Source: an uncultured Eubacterium sp. (GTDB lineage: Bacteria; Bacillota; Clostridia; Lachnospirales; Lachnospiraceae). From it: a DNA stretch of 64,000 nucleotides. The notes under the pieces were generated by a model. The model had not been told where the DNA came from. It saw only the letters and a list, made by a program, of their open reading frames with translations, and ran no database searches. Of the stretch, positions 10,046-20,548 are shown one piece after another. Numbering within the stretch: position 1 is the stretch's first letter; the number at the start of each line of letters is the position of its first letter. The position numbers were made by a program, and so were the translations under genes. Location of the stretch: NCBI GenBank assembly GCA_910585745.1, contig CAJUFM010000003.1, forward strand, positions 1 through 64,000, written 5' to 3'.

Positions 10046-10174
10046 TCTTGATCATACAAAAAGGGGGACTTGCGCCAGTTCTCCCTGCTCTCCAAAACCT
10101 TTTGACACCAGAAGTATAGTATGATATTCTGAATAGGGTGCGCCAGCACCTATAATAAGGTTCTGAGGAAAAGA

Positions 10175-12448
10175 ATGAGGAGGCGGGCAGAGATGCTGAA
10201 CGAGTATGTGAAAAAAATAGTTGGAAAAGAGATCGATGGCTGCGGGGACCGGGAGTTATATGCGGCGCTGTTGCAGATGACAAATGAAATGGCTGCTGCG
10301 AAGAAAAAAAATACTGGAAAAAAGAAACTATATTATATATCGGCAGAGTTCCTGATTGGAAAGCTTCTGAGTAATAACCTGATCAATCTGGGTATTTACG
10401 ATGAGATCAAGGAAGAACTTAAAAAAGCTGGGAAAAAACTGAGTTTGCTGGAGGAGATGGAGCCGGAGCCCTCTTTGGGTAATGGAGGGCTGGGAAGACT
10501 GGCTGCTTGTTTTCTGGACTCTATCGCGACACTGGGACTGCCAGGAGACGGCATCGGGCTGAATTATCACTTTGGACTGTTCAAGCAGGTCTTTCACAAA
10601 AATCTGCAGAAGGAGCAGCCCAATCCCTGGCTGGAGCAACCGGGCTGGCTGCTCCGGAGTGAGAAAAAATACAAGGTTTCCTTTGGAAAATTCAGTGTGG
10701 ATTCCACTTTGTATGAAATTCTTGTGACAGGATACAACAACCGGACGAATACCCTTCATCTTTTTGACATCGATACGCTAAAAGAAGATATTGTAAAGAA
10801 AGGTATTGATTTTGACAAGGAAGACATCCGTAAGAACCTGACACTGTTTCTATATCCCGACGACAGCGATGACGCCGGGCGCCTGCTGAGGGTTTACCAG
10901 CAGTATTTTATGGTGAGCTGCGGCGCCCAGCTGATCCTGGATGAGGCGGTGGAGCGGGGCAGTGACCTGCATGACCTGGCAGACTATGTGGCGATCCAGA
11001 TCAATGATACCCATCCATCCATGGTGATTCCGGAGCTGATCCGGCTTCTGACTGCCAAGGGAATTGATATGGATGAGGCGATTGAGATCACGAAACAGAC
11101 CTGTGCCTATACCAATCATACGATTCTATCCGAAGCGTTGGAAAAATGGCCCCTGTCCTTTATCGAGAGAGTGGCGCCCCAGCTGGTTCCCATCATCCGT
11201 GAGCTGGATCTGTGTGTGAAGGACCAGTATGATGATGAATCTGTCTACATTATAGACGAAGAGGAACGGGTCCATATGGCACATATGGATATCCATTATG
11301 GCCACAGTGTGAACGGGGTGGCGTATCTTCACACTGAAATTTTGAAAAACAATGAACTGAATCATTTTTATAAAATATATCCGGAGAAGTTTAACAACAA
11401 GACCAACGGCATTACCTTCCGCCGCTGGCTGCTCCACTGCAATAAGCCGCTGACAGCTTTTCTGGAAAAGACCATCGGGAACGGCTTTAAAAAAGATGCC
11501 GAAGAATTAGAGAAGCTGCTTGCTTATTCAGAAAATGAAAAGGTGCTCCAGAAGCTTCTGGACATCAAGAAAAAGAATAAACATAAGCTGGTCAAATATC
11601 TGAAGGAGACCCAGGGGCTGAAGATCAATGAGGATTCCATCTTTGATATTCAGATCAAACGCCTGCATGAATACAAGCGGCAGCAGCTTAATGCCCTGTA
11701 TGCGATCCACAAGTACTTAGAGATTAAAAGAGGAAAGACGCCAAAGACACCGATCACCTTGATCTTTGGTGCGAAGGCGGCGCCAGCTTATACCATCGCC
11801 AAGGACATCATCCATCTTATTCTCTGCCTGCAGAAGATTGTAAACAAGGATAAAAAGGTGAAACCCTATCTGAATATTGTAATGGTTCAGAACTATAATG
11901 TCACTCTGGCGGAAAAGCTGATCCCTGCCTGTGATATCTCGGAGCAGATCTCCCTGGCTTCCAAAGAGGCCAGTGGAACAGGAAATATGAAATTTATGCT
12001 CAATGGTGCGGTAACCCTCGGTACGGAAGACGGCGCCAATGTGGAGATCCATCAGTTGGTGGGGGATGATAATATTTATGTATTTGGTGAGGACAGCGAT
12101 ACCGTGATCGCCCGTTATGAGCGGGGAGATTATTGCTCCAGGGATTACTATAAGAAGGATGCTGATCTAAAGGAAGCGGTGGATTTCATTGTCAGTAAGA
12201 AAATGCTGAAGACAGGCAGGAAAAAATGCCTCACCAGGCTGTACAATGAACTTTTGAATAAGGACTGGTTTATGACTTTTCCGGATTTTCAGGAGTATGT
12301 CCGGACGAAGGAGCTGGCATACCGCGATTACGACGATCGGAAGAGCTGGGCACAAAAAATGCTGGTAAACATTGCCAAGGCAGGCTTTTTCTCCTCCGAC
12401 CGCACCATCGCCCAGTACAACGAAGATATCTGGAAACTGGATCAGTAG
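10175..12448 (+). CDS. glgP: Glycogen/alpha-glucan phosphorylase
   Basis: Pyridoxal-phosphate lysine motif [15 protein letters not shown]; ~750 aa typical of the GT35 family. Confidence 0.9.
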   Translation: MRRRAEMLNEYVKKIVGKEIDGCGDRELYAALLQMTNEMAAAKKKNTGKKKLYYISAEFLIGKLLSNNLINLGIYDEIKEELKKAGKKLSLLEEMEPEPSLGNGGLGRLAACFLDSIATLGLPGDGIGLNYHFGLFKQVFHKNLQKEQPNPWLEQPGWLLRSEKKYKVSFGKFSVDSTLYEILVTGYNNRTNTLHLFDIDTLKEDIVKKGIDFDKEDIRKNLTLFLYPDDSDDAGRLLRVYQQYFMVSCGAQLILDEAVERGSDLHDLADYVAIQINDTHPSMVIPELIRLLTAKGIDMDEAIEITKQTCAYTNHTILSEALEKWPLSFIERVAPQLVPIIRELDLCVKDQYDDESVYIIDEEERVHMAHMDIHYGHSVNGVAYLHTEILKNNELNHFYKIYPEKFNNKTNGITFRRWLLHCNKPLTAFLEKTIGNGFKKDAEELEKLLAYSENEKVLQKLLDIKKKNKHKLVKYLKETQGLKINEDSIFDIQIKRLHEYKRQQLNALYAIHKYLEIKRGKTPKTPITLIFGAKAAPAYTIAKDIIHLILCLQKIVNKDKKVKPYLNIVMVQNYNVTLAEKLIPACDISEQISLASKEASGTGNMKFMLNGAVTLGTEDGANVEIHQLVGDDNIYVFGEDSDTVIARYERGDYCSRDYYKKDADLKEAVDFIVSKKMLKTGRKKCLTRLYNELLNKDWFMTFPDFQEYVRTKELAYRDYDDRKSWAQKMLVNIAKAGFFSSDRTIAQYNEDIWKLDQ

Positions 12449-12472
12449 AATCTGTTGTACCGGCTGGAACTG

Positions 12473-13372
12473 TTATATATCCAGAAACCGTTTGGTATTT
12501 AATAGCCCCCAGCCCTGGCTGCTGTGGGGGAGATGGAGGTCAGTACAGCTGTTTTTCAGGCATAGTTTAACCTCTTTCGGAGTAAGATCCGGATATTTTG
12601 AAAGAAGCAGAGCGATGCTTCCACTGACGATCGGAGTCGCCATGGAAGTGCCGCTCTTTTTTTCATATGATTGTCCGTTGAGATACTTATTGCTGCAGCT
12701 CTGGACCTGGTGTCCCGGTGTGACGACATCTGGTTTTTTGATACAAAGGGTGGTAGGACCTACACTGGAATTGGAGTGTTTGCTGTAATACCCCACTGTG
12801 ATGATCTTACGGCTGTTTCCCGGAGCGCTGATGGTATAGGGTTCCGGTCCCTTATTTCCAGCGGATGCCACCACGACCAGTCCCGCGTCCCATAGTTCGT
12901 TTACCGTCTGTACAAAGTCTGAATTTTCATCAAATTGTTTGCCATCGGTGGTGCCCACAGAGATATTGATGATGTTGATGTTATATTGATAACGGTTTCT
13001 CATAACCCAGCGGATGCCGGCGATAATATGGGGGATCATCCCCTCTCCGTACCGGTTCAGGATCTTCACGGAGACAATCTTTGCTTCCGGTGCCATACCG
13101 CAGAAGTTTCCCCGGCTGGAATGTCCGTTGCCGGCGGCTATGCCCGCTACATGGGTTCCATGGCCATTATCGTCATAGGGTCTGGTTCTGCCATTTACGG
13201 TGTCATACCAGCCGATGACACGGTTTTCAAAATCCGGGTGGCTGCAGATGCCGCTGTCCAGTATGGCGATACAGCTGCCTTTTCCCAGAATTCCCTTCTG
13301 GTGGACGGCATCTGCTTTTACAATTTCTCTGACATGGTTCATGTTCCTTACCCCGTGCCATAATAGAATCAA
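12473..13372 (-). CDS. Subtilisin-like serine peptidase (S8 family), no signal peptide
   Basis: Catalytic triad blocks ILDSGI (Asp), HGTHVAGIAAG (His), GTSMATPIVSG (Ser). Confidence 0.85.
   Translation of the reverse strand: MILLWHGVRNMNHVREIVKADAVHQKGILGKGSCIAILDSGICSHPDFENRVIGWYDTVNGRTRPYDDNGHGTHVAGIAAGNGHSSRGNFCGMAPEAKIVSVKILNRYGEGMIPHIIAGIRWVMRNRYQYNINIINISVGTTDGKQFDENSDFVQTVNELWDAGLVVVASAGNKGPEPYTISAPGNSRKIITVGYYSKHSNSSVGPTTLCIKKPDVVTPGHQVQSCSNKYLNGQSYEKKSGTSMATPIVSGSIALLLSKYPDLTPKEVKLCLKNSCTDLHLPHSSQGWGLLNTKRFLDI
12499..12531. terminator. GC-rich hairpin between convergent glgP and the S8 peptidase (putative bidirectional terminator)
   Basis: CCCCCAG...CTGTGGGGG imperfect stem in a convergent intergenic gap. 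Confidence 0.3.
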
Positions 13373-13374
13373 TA

Positions 13375-13692
13375 TTATGATATGCGGGTATCCGAGTCTT
13401 TGCCAACAGCTGGAAGACTGTTAAGGTTATTTCCCTCTTTTCCGTCAGGAAGAGATTTAAGATACTCTGTATCTCCCCGGTGGGCGATGCCAACGCCCTG
13501 GATCTCTCCCGCTTTTGCCATTGCTACTCCTTCACTTTTGCTGACGGTCTTTCCATCAGAAAGCTGGTAGCCGGCGATCCTGCCATGTTCCTTTACAAGT
13601 CCGACGATTTCTTTGGCGTCAGAGGATGGCTCCGGAATCTCATCCAGCGCAGCCATAGGAAGTGCACTTCGGAACCGTTCTTTTTCATTCAT
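13375..13692 (-). CDS. DUF3892-like small protein
   Basis: YQLSDGKTVSKSEGVAMAKAGEIQGV pattern; co-oriented with, and abutting, the S8 peptidase. Confidence 0.4.
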   Translation of the reverse strand: MNEKERFRSALPMAALDEIPEPSSDAKEIVGLVKEHGRIAGYQLSDGKTVSKSEGVAMAKAGEIQGVGIAHRGDTEYLKSLPDGKEGNNLNSLPAVGKDSDTRIS

Positions 13693-14005
13693 AATAAACC
13701 TCCATTCCGAGAACGTTTACGTTCGAGGAGCCGCAAGAGAAATCTGCGTGGGCAGTTTCTCTTGTCGGATAAAGGCTATTTGTGACGTCCTCGGCACAAA
13801 TAGCTGTGTGAAAAATCAGCGCTTCAGCGTTATTTTTCACGCTAACCCCTCTTTTCTGTTTGTTTTTGTACTTCATATAGTGTCCCAAGCGGTGCGATTT
13901 ATACAGACAGCTAATAGAAAACTTGCGGTAGGGGAATAATGTATGGTATAATTGTGTCAGTTATTATGCTTTGCGCGGAAAGTATGCGTAGAAATGAGGA
14001 AAACA

Positions 14006-16084
14006 ATGGATAAGGTTACGATACGATTAAATGGCTCATCTTATATCAATGAGATGGAGTTAAACGACCGCTTTCAGGTATTTGGGGATAGTTTGTGGAT
14101 CTCCCTGCTCTCCCTGGTGGGAGATCCGGAGGGAGTGACGGTGACGCCGGAAGAGCCGGTATCCCCGCTTCTGACGATGGATCTGGAAAAACGTCTGGCT
14201 GTGGAGCTGGAAGAGAATCCGGCAGAATTTCTTGTGGTGGATATGTGCTATACAGCGGGACATGCACTATGCAAATGGAAAGGCCAGGTATTTACAAAAA
14301 ACCCTAAATTCAAACAAAGCACTTTTTATGCAGAGCACGAGGCGGAGATGGAAGAGATTGATGTGATGCGGGATCAGGAATTCGAATGGAAACCTTATAT
14401 GGACCGGTATCTGGAACTGGTGGGCAGATATTTTGACGCCGATCACATCATCCTTGTGAAATCCCGCTGTCCTCTCTGGTATGTGACCCATACCCATGTG
14501 AGAAAGCTTTCCAAAAAGAGCCGCCGCGCCTATAATAAGCGCATCAAGCAGCTGGAAGATTATTTTGTGGAGAAGATGGATCCCTATGTGATCGACATCT
14601 ATTCCCACTATTATGTGGATTTCAACCATAAAAAAGGATTTACCATGTCCTCTTACGAAAAACCCTTTTATCATCATGCCAAAAGGCTGATCTCCATGAT
14701 CATCCGGACGCAGCCAGAGCAGAGAGTGTTCCGGGACCAGGAATATTTTATCCGTCTGGGACGGTTTATCAAATATTATAACAATCTGTATGCTAAAAAT
14801 AATGTAGGGCTGTTTATGGATGACAGCGTATTCCTTGACCATCTGGTGCTGCAGCTGAGCCGGGAGATCCTGGCGGAGTATGAGAGCGATCTGGTGGCAG
14901 TACAGGCTGCCGGATACGGAAGCATCGATGAGATCCTGGAAAAATATAATTTCAAGTTTTCCGCATTGTTCCGGGAATGTCTGAGAACAGTGCGGGCCGT
15001 GGAGGCAGGTGATATCTATGATCCCAGTGTGGATTATGAGGTGATATTCCAGTATCATCTAAAGCTGATTGACCCTTTTATGAAGCTGGTGAAAAAGGAG
15101 ATAGAAAAGACTGGACTGGTTGAAGGGGAGTTGTGGATCAACCGGTTCCATTGCCGGAATTATTATCATGCCCTTCTTCTATGCCGCAGTGGAAAGCAGG
15201 GGGCCCTTAAAAAGCTGGTTCTGAATCTTGGTGGCAGCGTGGCTGAAAAAATAAAATGCAAAGAACTTCTACGGGAGGCAGGGAAAGAGACGGGAGATTC
15301 CCTGCAGGCATCTATGATGGCGATGAACCGCTATTATGAGCCGGTGCTGGTGGATCTCTGGGGCTCCTGTATCACGAGAGAGATATTGAATGAGGACGAT
15401 GGCAGGTTTAAGATCGGGAAATATGCATACCGGAATAGTTTTCTGTTTGCCTTTGATCAACCGATTCCCTACGATGACAGCAACTTTGAAGATCTCTCTT
15501 TATTTGAGAACAGCAGCTGGCGGGTGGGATACATCAAAAGCGCTTTCCATAAAGACCTGCCAGAACAGTTGAAACAGACAGAGTCCCGGTGGCTGCTTCT
15601 GGATTTTTACGATCTCATCTGTGATGTGGTGGAATATCATGGGGGGATCCTGACAGCGGACAGTGAGGTACGGGGCCTCAAATTCTATAAGCAGATCAAG
15701 GAAGAGTGCCAGATCACTTCCATCGATGCGGTGTTGAGTGATGCGGAGATTAAAGAACGGTTTGGAGTATTTATCCAGTTTATCAAAGAGCGGTATGGAA
15801 AGAATATCATCTTTGTAAGAGCGGACGTAAAGACCAGATTTCTTGATTTTACCCGTTCCATGAAACCGATCCGGGGCTATAAAAAAGAGACCCTGCTGAA
15901 AAAGAAAAAATTTCTGGACAAGTGGCAGGATTATTTTCTGGAGCACATGGATTGCCATGTGATTGACAACGCCAGAAAGTATCATGCAGATGACCTGTGT
16001 GTTTCGGGGGCCTTTATGGTTCACTATGAAAAAGAATTTTATGAGAAGGGATACCGGCAGATCAGGAAGATCATAGAATGTTGA
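14006..16084 (+). CDS. Large hypothetical protein with an internal tandem duplication (two ~90-aa repeats carrying VID...HY...SYEK.FY motifs); sits at the 5' edge of the glycan locus
   Basis: Repeat A (~aa 150-250) and repeat B (~aa 600-700) align: IILVKS/IIFVRA, DYFVEKMDPYVIDIYSHYYVD/DYFLEHMDCHVIDNARKYHAD, SYEKPFYHHAKRLI/HYEKEFYEKGYRQI. Start chosen at ATG 14006 with AGGA RBS. Confidence 0.5.
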   Translation: MDKVTIRLNGSSYINEMELNDRFQVFGDSLWISLLSLVGDPEGVTVTPEEPVSPLLTMDLEKRLAVELEENPAEFLVVDMCYTAGHALCKWKGQVFTKNPKFKQSTFYAEHEAEMEEIDVMRDQEFEWKPYMDRYLELVGRYFDADHIILVKSRCPLWYVTHTHVRKLSKKSRRAYNKRIKQLEDYFVEKMDPYVIDIYSHYYVDFNHKKGFTMSSYEKPFYHHAKRLISMIIRTQPEQRVFRDQEYFIRLGRFIKYYNNLYAKNNVGLFMDDSVFLDHLVLQLSREILAEYESDLVAVQAAGYGSIDEILEKYNFKFSALFRECLRTVRAVEAGDIYDPSVDYEVIFQYHLKLIDPFMKLVKKEIEKTGLVEGELWINRFHCRNYYHALLLCRSGKQGALKKLVLNLGGSVAEKIKCKELLREAGKETGDSLQASMMAMNRYYEPVLVDLWGSCITREILNEDDGRFKIGKYAYRNSFLFAFDQPIPYDDSNFEDLSLFENSSWRVGYIKSAFHKDLPEQLKQTESRWLLLDFYDLICDVVEYHGGILTADSEVRGLKFYKQIKEECQITSIDAVLSDAEIKERFGVFIQFIKERYGKNIIFVRADVKTRFLDFTRSMKPIRGYKKETLLKKKKFLDKWQDYFLEHMDCHVIDNARKYHADDLCVSGAFMVHYEKEFYEKGYRQIRKIIEC

Positions 16085-16102
16085 CAATTCACAGGCATTG
16101 CC

Positions 16103-16131
16103 TTGAAAAGTTGAGATAAAAGTAGTATACT
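16103..16131 (+). promoter_or_regulatory. Sigma-70-like promoter candidate for the glycan operon (-35 TTGAAA, 17-nt spacer, -10 TATACT)
   Basis: Hexamers read directly, ~45 nt upstream of the first GT4 gene. Confidence 0.35.
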
Positions 16132-16174
16132 TTGGTAAGTGCATGACTTAAGAAAGAAGAGATGAGAAGAAGCT

Positions 16175-17350
16175 TTGGCAGACAAGAAAAAAACCATTCG
16201 GATTTTACAGGTAAATAAACTTTATTACCCTGTTACCGGCGGTATTGAGAGGGTAGTGCAGCAGCTGGCAGAGGGGCTTTGCGATGTCACAGACAGTAAG
16301 GTGCTTGTGTGTCGGCAAAAGGGAAAGACAATAACAGAACGGATCAATGGCGTGGAGGTGACGAGAGCATCCAGTATTGGCATGCTTTCCTCACTTCCCT
16401 TGTCCATGTCTTTTTTGTGGAAATTTCGTAAAATGTCCAGGGACAGGGATATTCTGCACATCCATATGCCCTTTCCCCTGGGGGATCTTGCCTGTTTTTT
16501 GTCGGGGTACCGTGGAAAGGTCGTGCTTTGGTGGCATAGTGATATTGTCCGTCAGAAACGAATGTTAAAAATCTACCGTCCCCTTATGGAGTGGCTTTTG
16601 CGGCGTGCAGACCGTATCATAGTAGCCACACAGGGACATATCGATGGATCAGAGTTTCTCAAGCCCTACGCGGACAAATGCAGCATCATACCCTTTGGCG
16701 TGGAGAGGCAGATCGAGGAAACCGCGGATCGCTGGATCGCTGCCAAGGAAGAATCATCAGGAAGACAACATAGTACCAATGATTCGGTTCGTTTTTTGTT
16801 CGTTGGCAGACTCGTATATTATAAAGGTTGTAATCAACTGATCCGAGCATTTATTCAGGCTTCCGCCAATTGTTCGGACCTATTTCTTGACATCGTGGGA
16901 ACGGGACCGCTGGAGCGGGAGATGAAGGAGATGGTCTACGAGGCGGGACTTGAGGAACGGGTTAGATTTTATGCCAATGTGGAAGATGAAGAACTGGCAG
17001 AATTTTTTGGTTCCTGTGATGTATTCGTGCTTCCCTCTGTGGCGAGGAGTGAGGCATTTGGCCTGGTTCAGATTGAGGCGATGGCATTTGGCAAACCGGT
17101 CATCAATACAAAACTTCCCAGCGGTGTGCCGTATGTTAGTTTGGATCAAATTACGGGACTGACAGTTCCGCCAGAGAATGTCTTTGAGCTTGCGCAGGCG
17201 ATGCAGTATCTGGCAGAACACCCCGATGAGAGAAAAGAGATGGGTGTGCGGGCGAGGCAGAGAATGAAAGAAATGTATCGCATTGACACAATGCTTGAAC
17301 ATGTAAACAGACTGTACGAGGAATTAATGGAAGGGAACGAATCGCGTTGA
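16175..17350 (+). CDS. GT4-family glycosyltransferase (TTG start)
   Basis: GT-B/GT4 C-terminal motif EAFGLVQIEAMAFGKPVI; N-terminal VTGGIERVV. Confidence 0.8.
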   Translation: MADKKKTIRILQVNKLYYPVTGGIERVVQQLAEGLCDVTDSKVLVCRQKGKTITERINGVEVTRASSIGMLSSLPLSMSFLWKFRKMSRDRDILHIHMPFPLGDLACFLSGYRGKVVLWWHSDIVRQKRMLKIYRPLMEWLLRRADRIIVATQGHIDGSEFLKPYADKCSIIPFGVERQIEETADRWIAAKEESSGRQHSTNDSVRFLFVGRLVYYKGCNQLIRAFIQASANCSDLFLDIVGTGPLEREMKEMVYEAGLEERVRFYANVEDEELAEFFGSCDVFVLPSVARSEAFGLVQIEAMAFGKPVINTKLPSGVPYVSLDQITGLTVPPENVFELAQAMQYLAEHPDERKEMGVRARQRMKEMYRIDTMLEHVNRLYEELMEGNESR

Positions 17351-18537
17351 AGATAGCTTTTTATGGACAACCTTTATTGAGCGATAATAAAACAGGGATT
17401 GGATATTGTGAGGATGGGCTGCTTCGCGGCCTCTTAGCATTACATCCTCAGCAGGAGTATCTGGCAGATATTTTTACCACCGGGGAAAAAGAAAAAAAAA
17501 GGCAGTATATACGTGATTATGGAGAGGGTGTGAAGATCAGCGAGTGTGGTTGGATCTCAGAACGGGTGTTTAAACTGCTTTCTCTTGTGGTAGAGCTGCC
17601 TTATGTATGGTTTTTCCGTGAGAAACGCGACATCACACATTTTTGCAACTATGTGATTCCTCTTGGCGTGAGAGGAAAAAAAGTAGTGACGGTTCATGAC
17701 CTGGCCTTCCGGGAATTTCCAGAGACGGTGCGCGGCCGGACCATGGTTATGTTAAAGCGAAATCTCAAACACTCCCTCCAGCGGGCGGATGCCATCGTGA
17801 CAGTTTCGGAATTCACAAAAAAAGAACTAATGAAATACTATGACATTGCGTCAGAAAAAATAGCTGTAGTGCCCAATGGTGTGGACACTGCCCAATATCA
17901 TTTGAATTATAGCAGAGAACAGATTCTGGGGGCGAAAAAAAAATATAGCATAGAAGGAAGTTATTTCTTATATTTGGGGACATTGGAGCCCCGAAAAAAC
18001 CTGAGAGGGTTGCTCCTGGCCTACAAAAAATTTTATGATGGGAGAAAAGAAATGGGAAAAGAAATCCCCAAACTTGTACTTGCTGGCGGAAAAGGATGGA
18101 TGTACGATGAGATTTTCCAGACAGCAGATGAGATCTCCCTCAAAGACCAAGTGATATTTACCGGTTATGTCGATGAACAGGATAAGGCCCCATTGATGAG
18201 CGGCGCCACTGTGTTTTGTTTTCCGTCGTTTTATGAAGGTTTTGGCATGCCGCCGTTGGAGGCTATGGCGTGTGGTACGCCGGTGCTGACTTCAAACAAC
18301 TCTTCTTTGACAGAGGTGACGGGAGAGGCTGCCATCCAGGTGGATCCATACGATTTGGACCAGATGGCGCAGAAAATGGCAGAATTGTGCGATAACAATG
18401 ACTTGAGACAACAGTTGCGGGAGCGTGGCATCAAACAGGCAGAGCATTATTCCTGGACAAACGCGGTGGAGAAGTTGTGGGAAGTGTATCAAAAAGTGGC
18501 TGGACAACCAATGAATGAAGAGAGGACAGGAGAATGA
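17347..18537 (+). CDS. GT4-family glycosyltransferase
   Basis: FYEGFGMPPLEAMACGTPVLTSNNSSLTEV; TTGA start/stop overlap with the previous gene. Confidence 0.8.
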   Translation: MKIAFYGQPLLSDNKTGIGYCEDGLLRGLLALHPQQEYLADIFTTGEKEKKRQYIRDYGEGVKISECGWISERVFKLLSLVVELPYVWFFREKRDITHFCNYVIPLGVRGKKVVTVHDLAFREFPETVRGRTMVMLKRNLKHSLQRADAIVTVSEFTKKELMKYYDIASEKIAVVPNGVDTAQYHLNYSREQILGAKKKYSIEGSYFLYLGTLEPRKNLRGLLLAYKKFYDGRKEMGKEIPKLVLAGGKGWMYDEIFQTADEISLKDQVIFTGYVDEQDKAPLMSGATVFCFPSFYEGFGMPPLEAMACGTPVLTSNNSSLTEVTGEAAIQVDPYDLDQMAQKMAELCDNNDLRQQLRERGIKQAEHYSWTNAVEKLWEVYQKVAGQPMNEERTGE

Positions 18538-19310
18538 ATACTCTACGGGAAATATATGAATATCGGACCATGATTATCAGCCTGATTCGAAGAGATCTAA
18601 GAGGACGTTATAAGGGATCGGCATTAGGATTTGCCTGGACCTTTTTGAATCCACTGCTGCAGTTAGGCGTGTATACGGTAGTATTTTCGATTATTATGCG
18701 AGCCGGTATCGAAGACTATTATTTGTTCTTATTTGTGGCATTGATTCCGTGGCTGTTTTTTAGTACTTCGGTGTCAGCCGGCGCCAGTTGCGTTATGGCG
18801 CAGAAGGAAATGGTAAAAAAGATATATTTTCCCAGGGAGGTACTGCCCATCGCTCATGTTACCTGTCAGCTGGTTAATATGCTTCTCAGTTTTGTCGTTG
18901 TATTTGCTGTGCTGCTTTTATCTGGCAAGGGAATCTCCCTGCAGGCATTGTTATATCTTCCCATTGTGATCGTGGCGGAATATTTTCTTGCTATCAGCAT
19001 AACTATGATCGTCTCAGCGGTGACAGTGTATCTGCGGGATTTGGAACATGTTCTTGTGATTCTTACGATGGCGTGGCAGTTTTTGACTCCGGTGATGTAC
19101 TCCATTGATATGGTGCCGGAAGAGTTGCGCTCTATTTTTAACATAAATCCCATGACCCCGATCATAGTGGCATACCGGGATATTTTGTATTATAAGCGTC
19201 TGCCTGAGATCGGGAATCTGCTTCATGGATTTGTGTTTAGTACGATTTTATTAGTAATTGGCTGGCTGGTCTTTGGAAGACTGAAAAAACACTTTGCGGA
19301 GGAGATGTAA
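18534..19310 (+). CDS. wzm: ABC-2 type polysaccharide export permease (Wzm/TagG-like)
   Basis: ~6 TM helices; ABC-2 family pattern; ATGA overlap with upstream gene. Confidence 0.8.
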   Translation: MNTLREIYEYRTMIISLIRRDLRGRYKGSALGFAWTFLNPLLQLGVYTVVFSIIMRAGIEDYYLFLFVALIPWLFFSTSVSAGASCVMAQKEMVKKIYFPREVLPIAHVTCQLVNMLLSFVVVFAVLLLSGKGISLQALLYLPIVIVAEYFLAISITMIVSAVTVYLRDLEHVLVILTMAWQFLTPVMYSIDMVPEELRSIFNINPMTPIIVAYRDILYYKRLPEIGNLLHGFVFSTILLVIGWLVFGRLKKHFAEEM

Positions 19311-20548
19311 TGCAACCGGAAAATGCTATTGAGGTAAATCATGTCACCAAAAGTTTTAAAGTGTATCTGGACAAAGGGAATACACTAAAAGAAAAGGTGC
19401 TGTTTAAAAAAAGAAGAAGATATGAAGAACGAAACGTCTTAAATGATATCAGTTTCCAGGTGAAAAAAGGCGAGGCGGTGGGCTTGATCGGCCACAATGG
19501 CTGTGGGAAAAGCACTACGCTTAAACTGCTGACCAGAATCATGTATCCGGACGCGGGAGAAATTAAGATGTCCGGGCGGGTATCGAGCCTGATTGAGCTG
19601 GGCGCGGGGTTTCATGAGGATATGAGTGGAAGAGAAAATATATATATCAATGCCTCTATTTTCGGATTGTCCCGTAAGGAAATCGATGAGAGAATGGAAG
19701 CCATCATTCATTTTTCGGAATTGCAGGACTTTATTGACAATCCGGTGCGTACCTATTCTTCTGGAATGTATATGCGGCTGGCTTTTTCTGTTGCGATAAA
19801 TGTGGACGCAGATATATTGCTGGTGGATGAAATTTTAGCTGTTGGAGATGTGAATTTTCAGGCGAAGTGCTTTAACCGGCTTCGGGAGATAAAAGGGCAG
19901 GGAACTACGATTGTGATCGTATCCCACTCTATGGATCAGATCGAGCAGATCTGTGACCGCTCCATCTGGATTCATGAGGGGGACATACGACGGCAGGGCA
20001 GGCCAAGGGACGTACATCCGGAATATTTGGACTTTATGGGAGAAAAGCGTCAGGAGCGGGCGGAGAAGGAAAAAGAAGAGGCTCCCCAGGAGAAAAAAGA
20101 GCCCATTGCGAAAGAAGAAAAACGCTGGGGAAATGGAGATGCCAGAATCAGAAAGGTTATGATTTTGGACAGAGAGGGAAGAGAAAGATCAGTAATCAAA
20201 ACCGATGAGCAGGTAACGATCTCCATCGGGTATGAGATAAAAAACACAGTGGAAGATGCTGTAGTTGGTATTGGAATTTTCCGGAGTGACGGGGTACAGT
20301 GTTATGGTACCAATACCAGAATTGATAAGCTGCCGGAATTTAAGCTGGTCAGGGATGGTGTCGCTGAGGTAAAGATATCTTCTCTCCATCTGATTCCAGG
20401 ACAATACCTGCTGGATGTTGCGATAGAGTCCCAGATCGGTATTGCTGTGGACTATTTTAGAGAAGCTTACCGTTTTGAAGTGTTTTCGGATATAACCGAT
20501 GTCGGGGTTGCGCGGCTCCCACACCAATGGAACATATCAAATGAGTGA
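19310..20548 (+). CDS. wzt: Polysaccharide ABC transporter ATP-binding protein with a ~170-aa C-terminal extension (Wzt/TagH-like)
   Basis: Walker A GHNGCGKST, signature YSSGMYMRLAFS, Walker B ILLVDE, plus an extra C-terminal domain. Confidence 0.85.
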   Translation: MQPENAIEVNHVTKSFKVYLDKGNTLKEKVLFKKRRRYEERNVLNDISFQVKKGEAVGLIGHNGCGKSTTLKLLTRIMYPDAGEIKMSGRVSSLIELGAGFHEDMSGRENIYINASIFGLSRKEIDERMEAIIHFSELQDFIDNPVRTYSSGMYMRLAFSVAINVDADILLVDEILAVGDVNFQAKCFNRLREIKGQGTTIVIVSHSMDQIEQICDRSIWIHEGDIRRQGRPRDVHPEYLDFMGEKRQERAEKEKEEAPQEKKEPIAKEEKRWGNGDARIRKVMILDREGRERSVIKTDEQVTISIGYEIKNTVEDAVVGIGIFRSDGVQCYGTNTRIDKLPEFKLVRDGVAEVKISSLHLIPGQYLLDVAIESQIGIAVDYFREAYRFEVFSDITDVGVARLPHQWNISNE

